Below are positions 20,254 through 31,407 of a stretch of DNA of 64,000 bases, piece by piece. The translations under genes and the position numbers were made by a program. The notes beneath the pieces were generated by a model, which was not told the origin of the DNA, did not search any database, and saw nothing but the letters and a program-made list of their open reading frames with translations. The stretch lies in assembly GCA_963708075.1 (NCBI GenBank), contig OY970194.1:3456001-3520000 (forward strand), given 5' to 3'. Every line of letters begins with the position of its first letter. Position 1 is the stretch's first letter. The stretch comes from Sedimentisphaerales bacterium (lineage in GTDB: Bacteria > Planctomycetota > Phycisphaerae > Sedimentisphaerales > Anaerobacaceae).

Positions 20254-20402
20254 TGGCCAACCGCAAGCTCGTGTGGCGTGAAAGCCCTTACCTCTTGAAG
20301 GCATGCCTTGCCGGGCCGTATAATCCAAACCCATGAGGGGCCCGCCGCATGCTTGTGCAAGCGTGCGCGTGGCACCCGGCGTTGTCTTTTCCCTGTAGGC
20401 GT

Positions 20403-21503
20403 ATGCGCGATTTCAGCAAAGCGAAACGAGTGGTCATCAAGATCGGGACGAATACGCTGGCCAAAGACGGCGGGATCGACGCCGGGTATATCGGCGGCGT
20501 GGCCGCACAGGTCAAGGCCCTGCTCGACAGCGGGCCGCAGGTGGTCATCATCACCAGTGGGGCCATCGGCATGGGGGCCGGACAGCTCGGCCTCACGGAG
20601 AAGCCCAAGGAGATGAAAATGCGGCAGGCCTGTGCCGCGATCGGCCAGCCGATGCTGATGCAGGAGTATCGCAAGGCCTTCCTGCAGCACAGCGTGCAGG
20701 TCGCCCAGGTCCTGCTGACAGCCGAGGTCCTCACCAATCGCAGGACCTACCTGAACCTGCGCAACGCGATCGAGACATTGCTCCATCTGGGCGTGGTGCC
20801 CGTGCTCAACGAGAACGACAGCGTGAGCACGGCCGAGATCGGCACGGCCTTCGGCGACAATGACCGGCTCAGCGCCCTGGTCGCCAGCAAGATCGACGCC
20901 GACCTGCTCATCATGCTCACGGATATCGACGCCCTGTACGACAAGAACCCGCAGGAGCACCCCGACGCCAAACCCATCCCCGCGGTCTTCGAGATCACCG
21001 AGGAGATCGTCCGCACCGCCGGCGGCAAGGGCTCCGCACACTCCACCGGCGGCATGAAGACGAAGATCGAGGCCGCCCGGATCGCCGCGAACGCCGGCTG
21101 CCGGATCGTCCTGGCCAACGGCCGCGAAAAGGACGTCATCGCCCGCATCATGGCCGGTGAGCCGCTCGGCACGATCTTCATGCCCAGGCGAAAGCTCAGC
21201 AATCGTGCTCGCTGGATCCTCAACAGCCAGCCCGCCGGCACGATCCACATCGACGACGGCGCCTTGAAGGCCTTGCGAAATCACAAGAGCCTCCTGCCCT
21301 CCGGCGTTACCAGCGTCGAGGGCTCCTTCGAGCCCGGCGAAGTCGTCCTGCTCAACACAACCGCCAAGGCCGTCACCAGCCTCAGCAGCGTCCAACTCAA
21401 GACTCTCGCCGGCAAGCACAGCACCGAGATCAAGAAACTCCTCGGCCCCAAGCACCGCGACGTCGTCGCCATCCCGGAGGATATCGTCTTTCTGGACTAT
21501 TGA
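20403..21503 (+). CDS. proB: Glutamate 5-kinase
   Basis: VVIKIGT, TSGAI, AAIGQ, NENDSV, FGDNDRLSALVA, TGGMKTK and C-terminal PUA domain. Confidence 0.97.
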   Translation: MRDFSKAKRVVIKIGTNTLAKDGGIDAGYIGGVAAQVKALLDSGPQVVIITSGAIGMGAGQLGLTEKPKEMKMRQACAAIGQPMLMQEYRKAFLQHSVQVAQVLLTAEVLTNRRTYLNLRNAIETLLHLGVVPVLNENDSVSTAEIGTAFGDNDRLSALVASKIDADLLIMLTDIDALYDKNPQEHPDAKPIPAVFEITEEIVRTAGGKGSAHSTGGMKTKIEAARIAANAGCRIVLANGREKDVIARIMAGEPLGTIFMPRRKLSNRARWILNSQPAGTIHIDDGALKALRNHKSLLPSGVTSVEGSFEPGEVVLLNTTAKAVTSLSSVQLKTLAGKHSTEIKKLLGPKHRDVVAIPEDIVFLDY

Positions 21504-21514
21504 GGAAGCGAGCC

Positions 21515-22216
21515 ATGCCCACAGAAACCCCTTCGTCTCGTTCATGGTTTCACCACTACAAGGTTGAGGTGGCCTTTCTGTGCTTCTTCGTGGCCGCGGC
21601 AGTCGGAGGCGCCTTCTACGTTGATCACGTTGAGTATCTGGGCGGTACGAAGAACGTTGGTTATCAGGGTTTCATAGCTGCCATGCAGACCTTTGGCGTG
21701 CTTAGCCTAATCGGCCTCGCGTTCATGATTTGGACACTTGTCCGATTTCTCCGATCACCCGGCGGCGGCAAACGCACGCCGGCTCACCTTGCCTTTCTCA
21801 CAGTCTCTGCCCTCATCCTCGTCGCACACTTCATGGTCACAGGACCGTTGGCGGCCACTTTTCTCCGCGGCTTCGAGCAATGGGTCCTGCGCGAGGTGGA
21901 CACCGATGCGATACAACAGTGGTTGGCCACCGATGGCCGCAACTACGCCGGCAGGCAATACAATGGGAACCTCCCTGAGGACTTGCCCGACTTTCTCGTT
22001 CGCTTCAAACCCAGGTACGTCCGGTTCAGCGACCTGGCTTCCGAGAGCGGGCTCCATATTGAGTTTGGATGTGGAGGCGGAGTGTCCCTTTGGGGCTTCG
22101 TTGTCGGGCTGCCTGACATGCCGACGCCGAAGGAAGGCGCGATCGACGTGAGCAGATCCACAGTGGAGTTCAGACGTCCAATCAAGCCCGGTGTGTACGT
22201 TTTCGACAGAGGATGA
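21515..22216 (+). CDS. Hypothetical membrane protein
   Basis: Three TM segments then a soluble domain; GAGGA RBS overlapping the proB stop. Confidence 0.65.
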   Translation: MPTETPSSRSWFHHYKVEVAFLCFFVAAAVGGAFYVDHVEYLGGTKNVGYQGFIAAMQTFGVLSLIGLAFMIWTLVRFLRSPGGGKRTPAHLAFLTVSALILVAHFMVTGPLAATFLRGFEQWVLREVDTDAIQQWLATDGRNYAGRQYNGNLPEDLPDFLVRFKPRYVRFSDLASESGLHIEFGCGGGVSLWGFVVGLPDMPTPKEGAIDVSRSTVEFRRPIKPGVYVFDRG

Positions 22217-22300
22217 CCTCCCAGTCGCAGGAAATGCGTGTACGCGAGTGCCTGTTCAGCGTGTGTAGATGTGAGTAAAGGTGGCATGTACAGGTGACAT

Positions 22301-22519
22301 ATGATGGCCTTGCCTTTCGCCGTGTTCTGCATCATGATTGTCGCGGGCAGGAGAGAGCTCGGCTGGAAGGGTTTCGCTGTCTTCATTGCGATCTGGGCGA
22401 CCCTTTTGGGCGTGGTCTTGGCACTGAAGATCGACCGGCACTTTTTTATCGCAGCGCAGGCGATCCTCGACGCGGTTCTGATCTCGACCATATATCTCAG
22501 CTTCACTCGATTGAGGTAG
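22301..22519 (+). CDS. Small hydrophobic membrane protein
   Basis: 72 aa, 2-3 TM segments; 3 nt before the next gene. Confidence 0.5.
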   Translation: MMALPFAVFCIMIVAGRRELGWKGFAVFIAIWATLLGVVLALKIDRHFFIAAQAILDAVLISTIYLSFTRLR

Positions 22520-22522
22520 GCA

Positions 22523-22873
22523 ATGATCGACAAACGGCTACTTGGCGCCTGGAAATCGGACTTGCGCAAGACATCGCAGGAAGCCCGTGACCGCTGTCGT
22601 ATTCCAGCCGCGAAGCGGAAGAAGTTCAAGCTCCTGTTCGGCAAGCTTCGCGTCCGATTCACGCGAACGAGAGCGTATATGGAGTTCCAGGGCCGGAAGT
22701 GGGTGGAACCCTACCGGGTCGTCGCGAAGGACGCGAGCAGTGTCGCCATTCTCGCTCCCGGGCTGTGGGATGAGGATGAACTGGAGATCTACCACATTCA
22801 CTTCGAAGGAAGGTACTACTGGATCTGGCCCGCCGTAGCCAACTTCCCAGAGTACTTCCGAAGGATCGAGTGA
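22523..22873 (+). CDS. Hypothetical protein
   Basis: 116 aa with GAGG RBS and non-random composition (D.RL.G.WKSD...EYFRR). Confidence 0.65.
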   Translation: MIDKRLLGAWKSDLRKTSQEARDRCRIPAAKRKKFKLLFGKLRVRFTRTRAYMEFQGRKWVEPYRVVAKDASSVAILAPGLWDEDELEIYHIHFEGRYYWIWPAVANFPEYFRRIE

Positions 22874-22933
22874 CACTCTCTGCTGACTCTTGCCGAGAAT
22901 GCAACGTTCGATGTCGGCCCGCGTGGAACGGCT

Positions 22934-23140
22934 TTACTTCCAGACTTGCTCGGATTCCGACTCGTAGTGTTCGAAGGCGGTTTTCAGGCCGGTGATGACC
23001 TCGGCGGCGGTCTCGAATAAGGCCTGGCCTTTCGGGTCCTCGATCCTCCGGATGTCCTTTCGCAATTCCTTGGACATCTTGTCCAGTTTCATCTCCATGG
23101 CCCGCGGATAGTTCTTTGTCGTCCTCGTTCTCCTTGCCAT
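22934..23140 (-). CDS. Hypothetical small helical protein
   Basis: 68 aa, DPKGQALFETAAEVITGLKTAFEHYE; AAGGA RBS. Confidence 0.65.
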   Translation of the reverse strand: MARRTRTTKNYPRAMEMKLDKMSKELRKDIRRIEDPKGQALFETAAEVITGLKTAFEHYESESEQVWK

Positions 23141-23346
23141 GGCATCATCCTTTCGATCTCAGGTTGTCTCGTTGTCTTTCGATTATTCATGGATAGGGCA
23201 AGGGCAAGGACTACGCTTTTTCCTGATTTTCGCCTGCGGGCCTGTCATGCGGTTCTCGTTTTCACCGGGTGGCAGCGGCAAATGCAGCTTGCCGCTGCCA
23301 CCCCGGATGTTTGCGTTCGGCCGCGAAAATGCATCCGTAATAGGTG

Positions 23347-23595
23347 TCAGGCGGTGTCTTTTTCGAGGGCGGCGATGTTCTTCATGGCTTGGGCAAAGCT
23401 CTCGCCGCAGACGTCGGGCGCGGGTTTCCAGCCCGAGCAGAACGCGGGTCTGGCCGGCTTGCCGTAAAGGGTGCACAGATTCCCGTCGGTCAGGTTCACG
23501 CAGCGCATGCCGGCAGGCTTGCCGTTTGGCATGTTCGGCATCGCCGTCGTGATCGACGGTGCAATGCAGCACGCTCCGCATTTCTGACAATCCAT
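23347..23595 (-). CDS. YkgJ/YeiW-family cysteine cluster (CxxCxxCC) protein
   Basis: MDCQKCGACCIAPSI...GKPAG.RC..L....C.LY...RP.FC. Confidence 0.85.
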   Translation of the reverse strand: MDCQKCGACCIAPSITTAMPNMPNGKPAGMRCVNLTDGNLCTLYGKPARPAFCSGWKPAPDVCGESFAQAMKNIAALEKDTA

Positions 23596-23809
23596 GACTA
23601 CCCCCGAACGGGCCCCGCACAATCCATCTTCATGGGATACAACACCCAGGACTTCCCATCTTTCACCTGCCAATGCCATTTTATGGCCGCATCCGCCATG
23701 GGAAGCAACAGGAAAAACCAGCATACATGGTTTGGCATCTCGCGGCGGGAAAAAAAGCGGGCTGTGAGCAGATTCACAGCCCGATGAATGCACACGTTGC
23801 CCGAACCGG

Positions 23810-24616
23810 CTATAAGGTCTTGCGTCGGCGCAGCCAGCCGACGAGGCCGGCGCCAATGCCCGCCAGCAAGATCGCCTGAGGTGCTGGAACCGGGATCTGG
23901 TTTGGCCATTCCAAGTAGTCCGGCCGGTCCTTGTTGTTGCTGATGTGAGACGCGGATGTCGAGAAGGCAATTCCCAGAGGGTCGCCGCTGCTCCAGCCTG
24001 TTATGCTGGTGAAGGTCGCCAGGGGCACGGCGATGTCCACAAAATAGTCATCATCCAGCGGCCCCGGTCCGCCGAAGCGTGACCCCGTGTACGGCGGGTC
24101 CAGGACGCCCGAGGCGCTGGAACGCCGCGAATACACATCCGGATCAAACCCGATGCTGTGAGGCGACCCGGCGAGCGTCACCTCCCAGCCTGTGGCAGGT
24201 CCGCCTGACAGGGCCTGGACCAGCTCCACCTGGTTGTCGCCCGACAAGTCGAGCTGTAGGGCCCAATCCACGTCGGAATCAGCATCCGTATTGAGCAGGG
24301 CCGTCCAGACAAACTGGCCGCCCCGACTGGGGTCCCCGTCGACCCGCATCCGGAACATCAGATCCTGCGCGGTGGAGTACGAGAAACCTGTGGCGAACGG
24401 GCCGTTACCATCCGGATCCATGCCGCCCACAAGGTCCATCGCCGCCGGTGGAGGCGTGTCGAAGTTGTCCACGCCGCTGCCGGCAAGGGCGTCCTGGTAT
24501 ACCCCTCCGCCGACCGGGACGGGGTTCCACTGGGTAGCTGACGCGGGCCATGACGGGGCCGCCCCCGCAGGCACGCACGGTATGAGTATCAGAGTCCACC
24601 AAATCGCTCGTCGCAT
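23810..24616 (-). CDS. Exported protein with PEP-CTERM-like (VPAP) sorting tail
   Basis: Signal peptide MRRAIWW...; C-terminus IPVPAPQAILLAGIGAGLVGWLRRRKTL. Confidence 0.85.
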   Translation of the reverse strand: MRRAIWWTLILIPCVPAGAAPSWPASATQWNPVPVGGGVYQDALAGSGVDNFDTPPPAAMDLVGGMDPDGNGPFATGFSYSTAQDLMFRMRVDGDPSRGGQFVWTALLNTDADSDVDWALQLDLSGDNQVELVQALSGGPATGWEVTLAGSPHSIGFDPDVYSRRSSASGVLDPPYTGSRFGGPGPLDDDYFVDIAVPLATFTSITGWSSGDPLGIAFSTSASHISNNKDRPDYLEWPNQIPVPAPQAILLAGIGAGLVGWLRRRKTL

Positions 24617-24842
24617 CACCGTCCTCCTTTTCTCCTCCCTGCAAAAACAGGCGTCCTCCGGACGTCCCCTTCTACAACTGTCATGCATCGCCGACGCGAG
24701 CCCCATGCCGTGGGAACGTTGTCACACTGTCGGCGGATGATTCACCCTGCCCAGGTTGTCCAGTGACATTTATGGTCCTCGTGGGTGGGAGTTCGGAGAA
24801 AATAGGAATTTTTCAGCGGGGAGAGACCTTCGACGGGGCCCT

Positions 24843-25304
24843 TCATCGTGACAGGCTGCCGCAGCCTTTGGAGACGGAACGCTGCTTGCGCGGGACGACG
24901 TGGATGACGATGGTGCCGATGCTGCTCTTGGGTTGGCCGTGCGCGGGCTGATCCGTGACCTGCACGACAATGGCGGCGGTCATCATCTGACGGGGAGTCC
25001 AGAGCAGCGTATAGGAAGAGGTTTTGGGCCTATTGATGATCTGCACGCCCTCGGGCGCGGCGAGGATTTCGACGGTGGCGGGATCGCCCTCCGGGTCACA
25101 CCACGTCCTCGTCTGCATGAATTGCTGCCCGACTTCAAGACGGACACAATCCAGAAGCCTGCCTACGACCACGTTGGGATCCACGGGGAAGGGACAATCG
25201 CGAATATCCGGAGTATTCGGCTCGGGACATGGGCCGACACTGCCGATCAGCAGCGGCACGACAACAGCCGCACTTGCCAGCCAACGCATCATGCTCTTCT
25301 CCAC
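24843..25304 (-). CDS. Hypothetical exported protein, Ig/cadherin-like
   Basis: Signal-like N-terminus; DPEGD...WTP...VQVTD pattern. Confidence 0.55.
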   Translation of the reverse strand: MEKSMMRWLASAAVVVPLLIGSVGPCPEPNTPDIRDCPFPVDPNVVVGRLLDCVRLEVGQQFMQTRTWCDPEGDPATVEILAAPEGVQIINRPKTSSYTLLWTPRQMMTAAIVVQVTDQPAHGQPKSSIGTIVIHVVPRKQRSVSKGCGSLSR

Positions 25305-25750
25305 CCCTGAACAATGGCGATGTACGGTTGTCCGGAATCTCTATCTCAGCTTACCCACTCCGCGCCGAATGTCAAGGCGAGCGGCCGCGTTGGAATTTGG
25401 CACTGCGACGTTCAGTGACACCTTCCGACCGCCGGTTTTTGCCCCCTGGGCCTCGTTTTCGTGTCCCGAGGGAGCCCTGGAGGAGCGGCCAATAATAATT
25501 CATCTTTTTTTTCATGGGGCTTGACAAAGGATCGAAGGCACCAGATACTAGCGAACACAAGAGTATTTGGGGCTACGTGTGCTCTGGGACCTACCATTGG
25601 CCGGCAAGAATCGAACGAGTGGCCGGTCAGTATTGGAGTAGGTGAATTGGCATGGGTGGTCCCCCGGGATTCAGTGCTGAATCTCGCAGAGAGGCGCCGA
25701 GCCGGCGCCAGGATGTATGGATGTTTGTTACAGGCATAAGGAGGCCTACT

Positions 25751-26008
25751 ATGGCTCAACCAAGGAACGCAAGGAATACAGTTCCGACCAGCAGTATCAA
25801 CAGTGGCTCCGGCGGCGCAACTGCGGTTGCGACCCGCCCCGCCGCCACCAAGTCCGCCCCGTCGACGCGAGGCCCGCTGCCTACGCACGATCAGATCTCG
25901 AAGCGTGCACATGAGATCTGGATCAAGCGTGGCTGCAAGCCCGGTCAAGATGAGCAGAACTGGCTCGAGGCCGAGAAGCAGTTGAGGGCCGAGATGGCGG
26001 GCAGGTAG
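25751..26008 (+). CDS. DUF2934-domain protein
   Basis: I..RAHEIW.KRG..PG.DEQNWLEAE.QL motif; AAGGAGG RBS. Confidence 0.85.
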   Translation: MAQPRNARNTVPTSSINSGSGGATAVATRPAATKSAPSTRGPLPTHDQISKRAHEIWIKRGCKPGQDEQNWLEAEKQLRAEMAGR

Positions 26009-26316
26009 CCGCATACCCTCGAAGGACACTTTCGAGAGCCGACGGGGCAATCCTCGTCGGCTCTGGGATTCCATGACACAGCCGTCATGGCTGCATATGG
26101 GGGTGTTGTGACCTGCCAAGCCACAGTCCACGTGTCGTTCCTGGGATCGTGATGCCTCTTGTGCTCGCGAACCGGACACGTTGAGACAATCCTCGGCAAC
26201 AGAGCATTTCGCAGAAGGCATGAGTGTGCGTGACATTCGCGAGGCCACAGCTCGACTGAGCTCGTCGTTCGAACCGGACTCCGGTGAACTCGGTCGAGTT
26301 GAGGCCCGCGAGATCT

Positions 26317-26905
26317 TCAGCATGTCCCATGTCGCCGCAGCCGGCCGATGAGAACCTGTGCCGATGGCGGCGAGGAAAATGGCGACGGGGATGGGAGCCT
26401 CGTTGTCCGGCCCGATGCGGGCGACAGGGTGCAAGGCCTCGGCCGCATCGAGATCGTAGCCCGGATGCTCGCCATCGTCATCCAGCCCCACGAACTTCAG
26501 ATAATTCACGTAGCCCAGCGTCGGGTAATCGGCCAGGTCGAATTCGACCGTGCGACTGATAGTCCCCAAGTGGACATACGTCACGTTGTCCTCTCCGGCA
26601 AAGACATCGACGGTGGCCGGACAATTGTACAACTCGCGGATCGCCAGGTCCGCCCCGGGGCCGTCGCCCGCGCTGTTGTCGGTGAACGCGAGGACGAGGG
26701 TTTCGGGAACATCGATGGAGACGAATGTGTAGTTCTGCGGCCCGAGGGCATCGCCGGCGGGCCCGCCCATATCTGACGAGCCGATAGGCTGATCGAAGGA
26801 AACGACGGCATCCAGCCACGGCGTCCCCGCGGCCAGGCACAGCGAGCCGTTCAGCGCAACTGCCAGTGCGATGGATATCCTCACGATTCCCGCATTCGTA
26901 TTCAT
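26317..26905 (-). CDS. Exported PEP-CTERM-like protein, paralogue 1; apparent +1 frameshift in sorting tail
   Basis: Signal peptide and GDGPGADL..E motif. Removing one base at 26350-26356 gives PIPVAIFLAAIGTGLIGRLRRHGTC*. Confidence 0.7.
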
Positions 26906-27335
26906 TCTCATTCCTCCCATGCTGTCTATGCAAACGGTGGAACCAGATTCCTCCCCGTGAAAGGCTCCCCTGGCTCGCCGCTCTGTTCGCCCGGCCATGA
27001 GCAGACTCCTGGGCAGGTTGTGAGGAATGGGCTGTTTGCCCACCCGCCCAAGATGTGCGCAGACTGTTCACCCCTGGCAGAATGGCACGGCTGATCCGGC
27101 CCGCCCGACGGACCGAACCAGGCAGGATGGAGAGATCTTGCCGTCTGTCTTCGCTGCTTACAACTTTCCCACCGTCGGCGCAACAGGTCAACTGGGGCAA
27201 ACGCGTATTTCCGCGTAAAGAAAATGCCTCCGCCTCAATCACTCCCCTGCCACCCGACGCAGGGGAATGATTAGGTTCTTTGCCTGCCGCAAGGCCGGTC
27301 ATCCACGATCGGTCGAGCGGAGGCCCGCGAAATGT

Positions 27336-27882
27336 TCATCGCGTTCTGTATCGCCGCAGCCAGCCGATGAGAACCCGTCCCGATGGCAGTGAGGAGAATC
27401 GCACCGTAGATGGGAATGCCGTCGTCCGGCCCGATGTGGACGGCGGGGTGCTCGCCATAATCGTCCAGACCCATGGACTTCGGGTAATTCACATAGCCCG
27501 AGGCTGGGCAATCCGCCAGATCAAATTCGACGGTCCGGCTGATTGTCCCCAGGTGGGTATACGTCACGTTGTTCTCGATGGCGTAGACATGGCCAATCAC
27601 AGGACAGTTGGACAACTCGTAGATCGCCAGATCCGCCCCGGGGCTCTCGCCGGCGGCGGTATCAGCGAAGGTCAGGACGAGGGCTTCGGGGGCATCGATG
27701 GAGGCAAACGTGTAGTCTGGCAGTCCCAGGGCATCGCCGGCTGGACCACAGGGATCTGACGAGCCGCGGAGATGATCGAAGGAAGTGACGGCATCCGGCC
27801 ATAGCGTCCTCGCGGCCAGGCACGGCGGCGCGCTCAGCACAACTCCCAATGCAATCGACATCCTCACGATCCCTGCATCCAT
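27336..27882 (-). CDS. Exported PEP-CTERM-like protein, paralogue 2 (more degenerate); same apparent frameshift
   Basis: Colinear with 26317-26905 including upstream DNA. Removing one base at 27369-27375 gives IPIYGAILLTAIGTGLIGWLRRYRTR*. Confidence 0.6.
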
Positions 27883-28893
27883 GTTTATTTCTCTAATGCA
27901 GGCGATGTCGAACGCCGGAACCGGGGTTCTTCCCGTGGAGGGCTCCTCCGGTTCGCCGCCCCGTTCGTCCGGCTGCAAGCCCAGTCCCAGGCATATTGCC
28001 CAGGGACAAGCTATTCGCCTTCCGTCCCGAGATGCGTACACATCCTTCATCGAAGGCAGAACTGCACGGCCCATCCATCCGGCCCGACGCGACCGGCCGG
28101 GCAAGGCGGAAGGACCTTGCTGTCTGCCTTCTCCATAAAGTATACAAATCTCGCACGATCCTCACACAGGACCAGATGGCGAAACGCGTACGTGTGCGAC
28201 TGAATTTCGTGGGGCAGATTCCGCTGACCGGGTGAGAAACCGTGCGTTTCGACGCGTATCCACCCAGGGCCAAGAGGGTCGTGCGGGGACGCACGACCTA
28301 CGAAGAGCGCCGACGGCTCCGAGCGTAGGGTGGGCGTCCTCGCCCGCCCTGCGAAGCCATCGGGGCCCACGAAACTTAGTCGCACACACGCGTACTTCCT
28401 CGCAAAGGAAATGCCCCAGCCCCGGCACCGATACAGAGGAGTGACCAGTACTTCGACCCTCCCAATTTGGTGGGCGGTTTTCGGCCGTTTGGTCGGGCGC
28501 CATGCTTACGCTTGCATGAGCATGCCTTGCCCGGTCGGTGGAGCATGTCCATGCAAGCGTGGACATGGCGCCCGCTACCCACATTTTGAGACAGTCGGGG
28601 TGCCAGCCCCTTCGCCCGCCACGGGCCGGTTCTCCGCCGCCGATGAGTTGCACTTGCTAGCCTTGAATCTCTTGTGGGCCGGGTGGCCCCGCCAAGACCT
28701 GTTGTGTTCGTCCCAAGTTCTTGAGTTTTGGGTGGCAGCGGCAAGCGGCAGCTTGCCGATGGTTTGCCCATTCGCTATCGGCAAAGCCTTCGGCCTTGCC
28801 GCTGCCACACGAGAGATTGCCGCGTGCCGGAAGCACATTGTGGATAGAATGAGGCCTTTTCGCGGAGACGGAGACCGGATAGGCTCTACCGCC

Positions 28894-29730
28894 ATGATCG
28901 AGATTCGATCCATGACCGTAGCTGATCTGCCGCTCGGGCTGAAGTTGACCCGGCAGGCGGGGTGGAACCAGATCGAGTCGGACTGGCGCCGATTCATGGA
29001 CATGCAACCGCAGGGGTGTTTCATCGCCGAGCTGGATGGCGTGCCCGTGGCGACTACCGTCACGTGCATCTTCGGCCCCGTCGCCTGGATCGCCATGGTC
29101 CTGGTGGAGGTGACCGCCCGCCGCAAAGGCGTCGCCACGTCCCTGCTGAAACACGCCCTCGACTTCCTGGACAGCCATGGCGTGAGGACCGTCCGCCTGG
29201 ACGCCACCGCCGCCGGCCGACCCGTATACGAGAAGCTGGGATTCACCGCAGAGTACGCGCTGACCCGATACGAGGGAACCGCCCCGGCGGCAGAGGCACA
29301 GCCGGATATTGCGACGGCAGACGCGAGCCTATTCACCGGGATCGTCGCTCTCGATTGCCGGATGACGGGCACTCGCCGCGAGAAAATGCTCCTGCGGCTG
29401 TTCGAGGAATCGCCCGATGCGGTTCGAGTCCTGTGCCGGGCCGGCCGGGTGGAAGGGTTCGTCACCACCCGCCGCGGCGCCAACGCGTCTCACATCGGCC
29501 CGTGCATCGCGGCAGGCGACGCCGGCGCACCGCTGCTGAAGGACGCCCTGGCCCGCTGTGCCGGCGGGTCCGTGTTCATTGATGTTCCGCGAGACAACAC
29601 CGGCGCCCTGGAAGTGGTGGAAACAAGCGGCCTGAAAGCTCAACGCCACTTCACACGGATGTCCCGGGGCGACCGGATCATTGATTGCCCGCAAGCCATC
29701 TGGGCCGGCTCCGGCCCGGAAAAAGGATGA
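28894..29730 (+). CDS. GNAT-family N-acetyltransferase (tandem GNAT/YitH-like)
   Basis: GWNQ...DW, WIAMVLV...RRKGVA, LDAT.AG.PVYEKLGF. Confidence 0.9.
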   Translation: MIEIRSMTVADLPLGLKLTRQAGWNQIESDWRRFMDMQPQGCFIAELDGVPVATTVTCIFGPVAWIAMVLVEVTARRKGVATSLLKHALDFLDSHGVRTVRLDATAAGRPVYEKLGFTAEYALTRYEGTAPAAEAQPDIATADASLFTGIVALDCRMTGTRREKMLLRLFEESPDAVRVLCRAGRVEGFVTTRRGANASHIGPCIAAGDAGAPLLKDALARCAGGSVFIDVPRDNTGALEVVETSGLKAQRHFTRMSRGDRIIDCPQAIWAGSGPEKG

Positions 29731-29762
29731 TTCGATGCCGGCCGCCGTCCCTGGGGCCGGCG

Positions 29763-30903
29763 TCACTTGGCGGTGAAGATGTGCGGACTGGCCTTGTCGT
29801 TGTCCGGACTGTATTCGGGGCCATATCGCGTGGCCGCCTGTCGGCGCAAGTGGTCCATGATTGGCGGGAAATGAAGTGTTGGATTGATCCGCTTGTCCTG
29901 ATGGACGATCCGCAGGATTCTGTCCTTCTCCCACTCGTGCGGCTCGATCTCCAGTGTGATTGTGAAGCCGTACTGTTGCAGAAGGTCGAGATCGGGGACC
30001 GGAAAGGAGACCGGATGCACGTCGGGGCACTGGGCCATCTCCGGCACGAGCGTCGGTGTGACAAACCCGTCGTCCAGTCCGATATCGAAATTCCGTTTCT
30101 TCATATCGACAAATAGCGAGAAGTTGCCCGTGAACCATTTGCCCTTGACGGCGTCGCTCGCCTGCCGGGCCACGCCGACAGGCTGGATGCCGAGCTTGTC
30201 CATCTCCTCGTCCAGTACGATCTCCACGGCCTCGTTGTACGTGTGCTGCGTATCGCGCAGGGCACGCACCGCGAGGATCGTGCCGAGCACATTCGAGTAG
30301 GAATCCTCCCACGAAAATGCGGAATCATACTCCACCGGCAAGACGATGCACTTGAAGCCGTACCAGGTGAGGATCTCGTGCCAGGTGACGGTTGCATAGG
30401 TCAGATACGGGCCCGTGGCAAACGCAATCTCGCGGGCGATGGCGCTCCGCGTCTTCTTCGGCAGGCTGGCCCAGCCGTTGGGATAGGAGATGCGCACAAA
30501 GTTGTGTGAGCGGTCCACGGCGAGCTTGTATGTGAACTGAGAATCGCCCGCCATCAAATGCCTGTATGTCTCGGTGATCAGATAGGCTGTCCAGTCGGCG
30601 GCGATGCGTACATGAATGACATCCACGTGCCCCGCCGAGCAAGTATAGACGATGCCGTTCTTCTCGAATGGGGACCAGTGATACGCATGCGTGCCCAACT
30701 CGCGGCCGAGATATGGGGTGCCGATGATCGCGCACGGATACGTGCCGTAGCGAATCCTCGGCGGCGAGGAAAAGCCCTGGTAAATCGCCTGATCCGCCGA
30801 GCCCGATGTCGCCGCGTCGCGCAGCAAGCCGCAGCCGGATAGCGCCAATGTCGCCAGCAGCGCCGCCGAACACGTGCGCCCTGCAGATATTTCTCACTCT
30901 CAT
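29763..30903 (-). CDS. DUF4056-like lipoprotein; apparent one-base frameshift in the signal peptide
   Basis: GIVYTC.AGHVD..H, WHEILTWYG, SAFSWEDSYSN motifs; lipobox LSGC. The ATG at 30903 is one base out of frame with the body. Confidence 0.7.
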
Positions 30904-31407
30904 ACCCCTGCCTCTGATCGGGCACGCATAGAGATGAAACGTCCATTCCTCGTTTGCCCTGCCAGTTTCCGTCCGATTGATTACCCAAAGAAAAGCGATC
31001 CGGCCTCCGTGCCGCTCATCATGAATTTCAGTGTATCACAAAGGCCCGAAAATGTCAACGCCACGGAGCGTCCGGCAGGTCCCCCGGGTGCGGCCGGCAT
31101 TCGGTGGCGAATTCAGATCTCCGCGTAGGACGAGCGTCCCCGCTCGTCCATTGTAGGGATTTGCCATCGACAGGGTGTGGTGCGGGGCCAGACGACAGGA
31201 GGGGCGAGCGGGGACGCTCACCCTACGAAGAGTGGCGCCAATCGCCACCGTATTCCGGCCGCACCCGGTCCCCCTACGTTGCGTGGCCATGCAGGCTCTC
31301 TCTGTCCTCCAAAGCCCAATTGAGGGGATGACAGAGGCCGTGCAAAGGACCATCGCCGGTCCTGGTGTCATGGCAGATCGATTATCGGACGCAGTCGCGG
31401 TGAGGCT

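Noticed and set aside
25412..27043. 543-aa protein
   Set aside because: Read-through caused by the one-base shift at 26350-26356; the tail runs antisense over the DUF2934 gene.
26350..27375. Programmed frameshift switching the PEP-CTERM anchor on and off
   Set aside because: The same GAGAACC motif explains breaks in three unrelated genes, on either strand, so a motif-linked error is more parsimonious.
28330..28893. N-terminal extension of the GNAT protein
   Set aside because: It translates REP palindromes; homology starts at the ATG at 28894.
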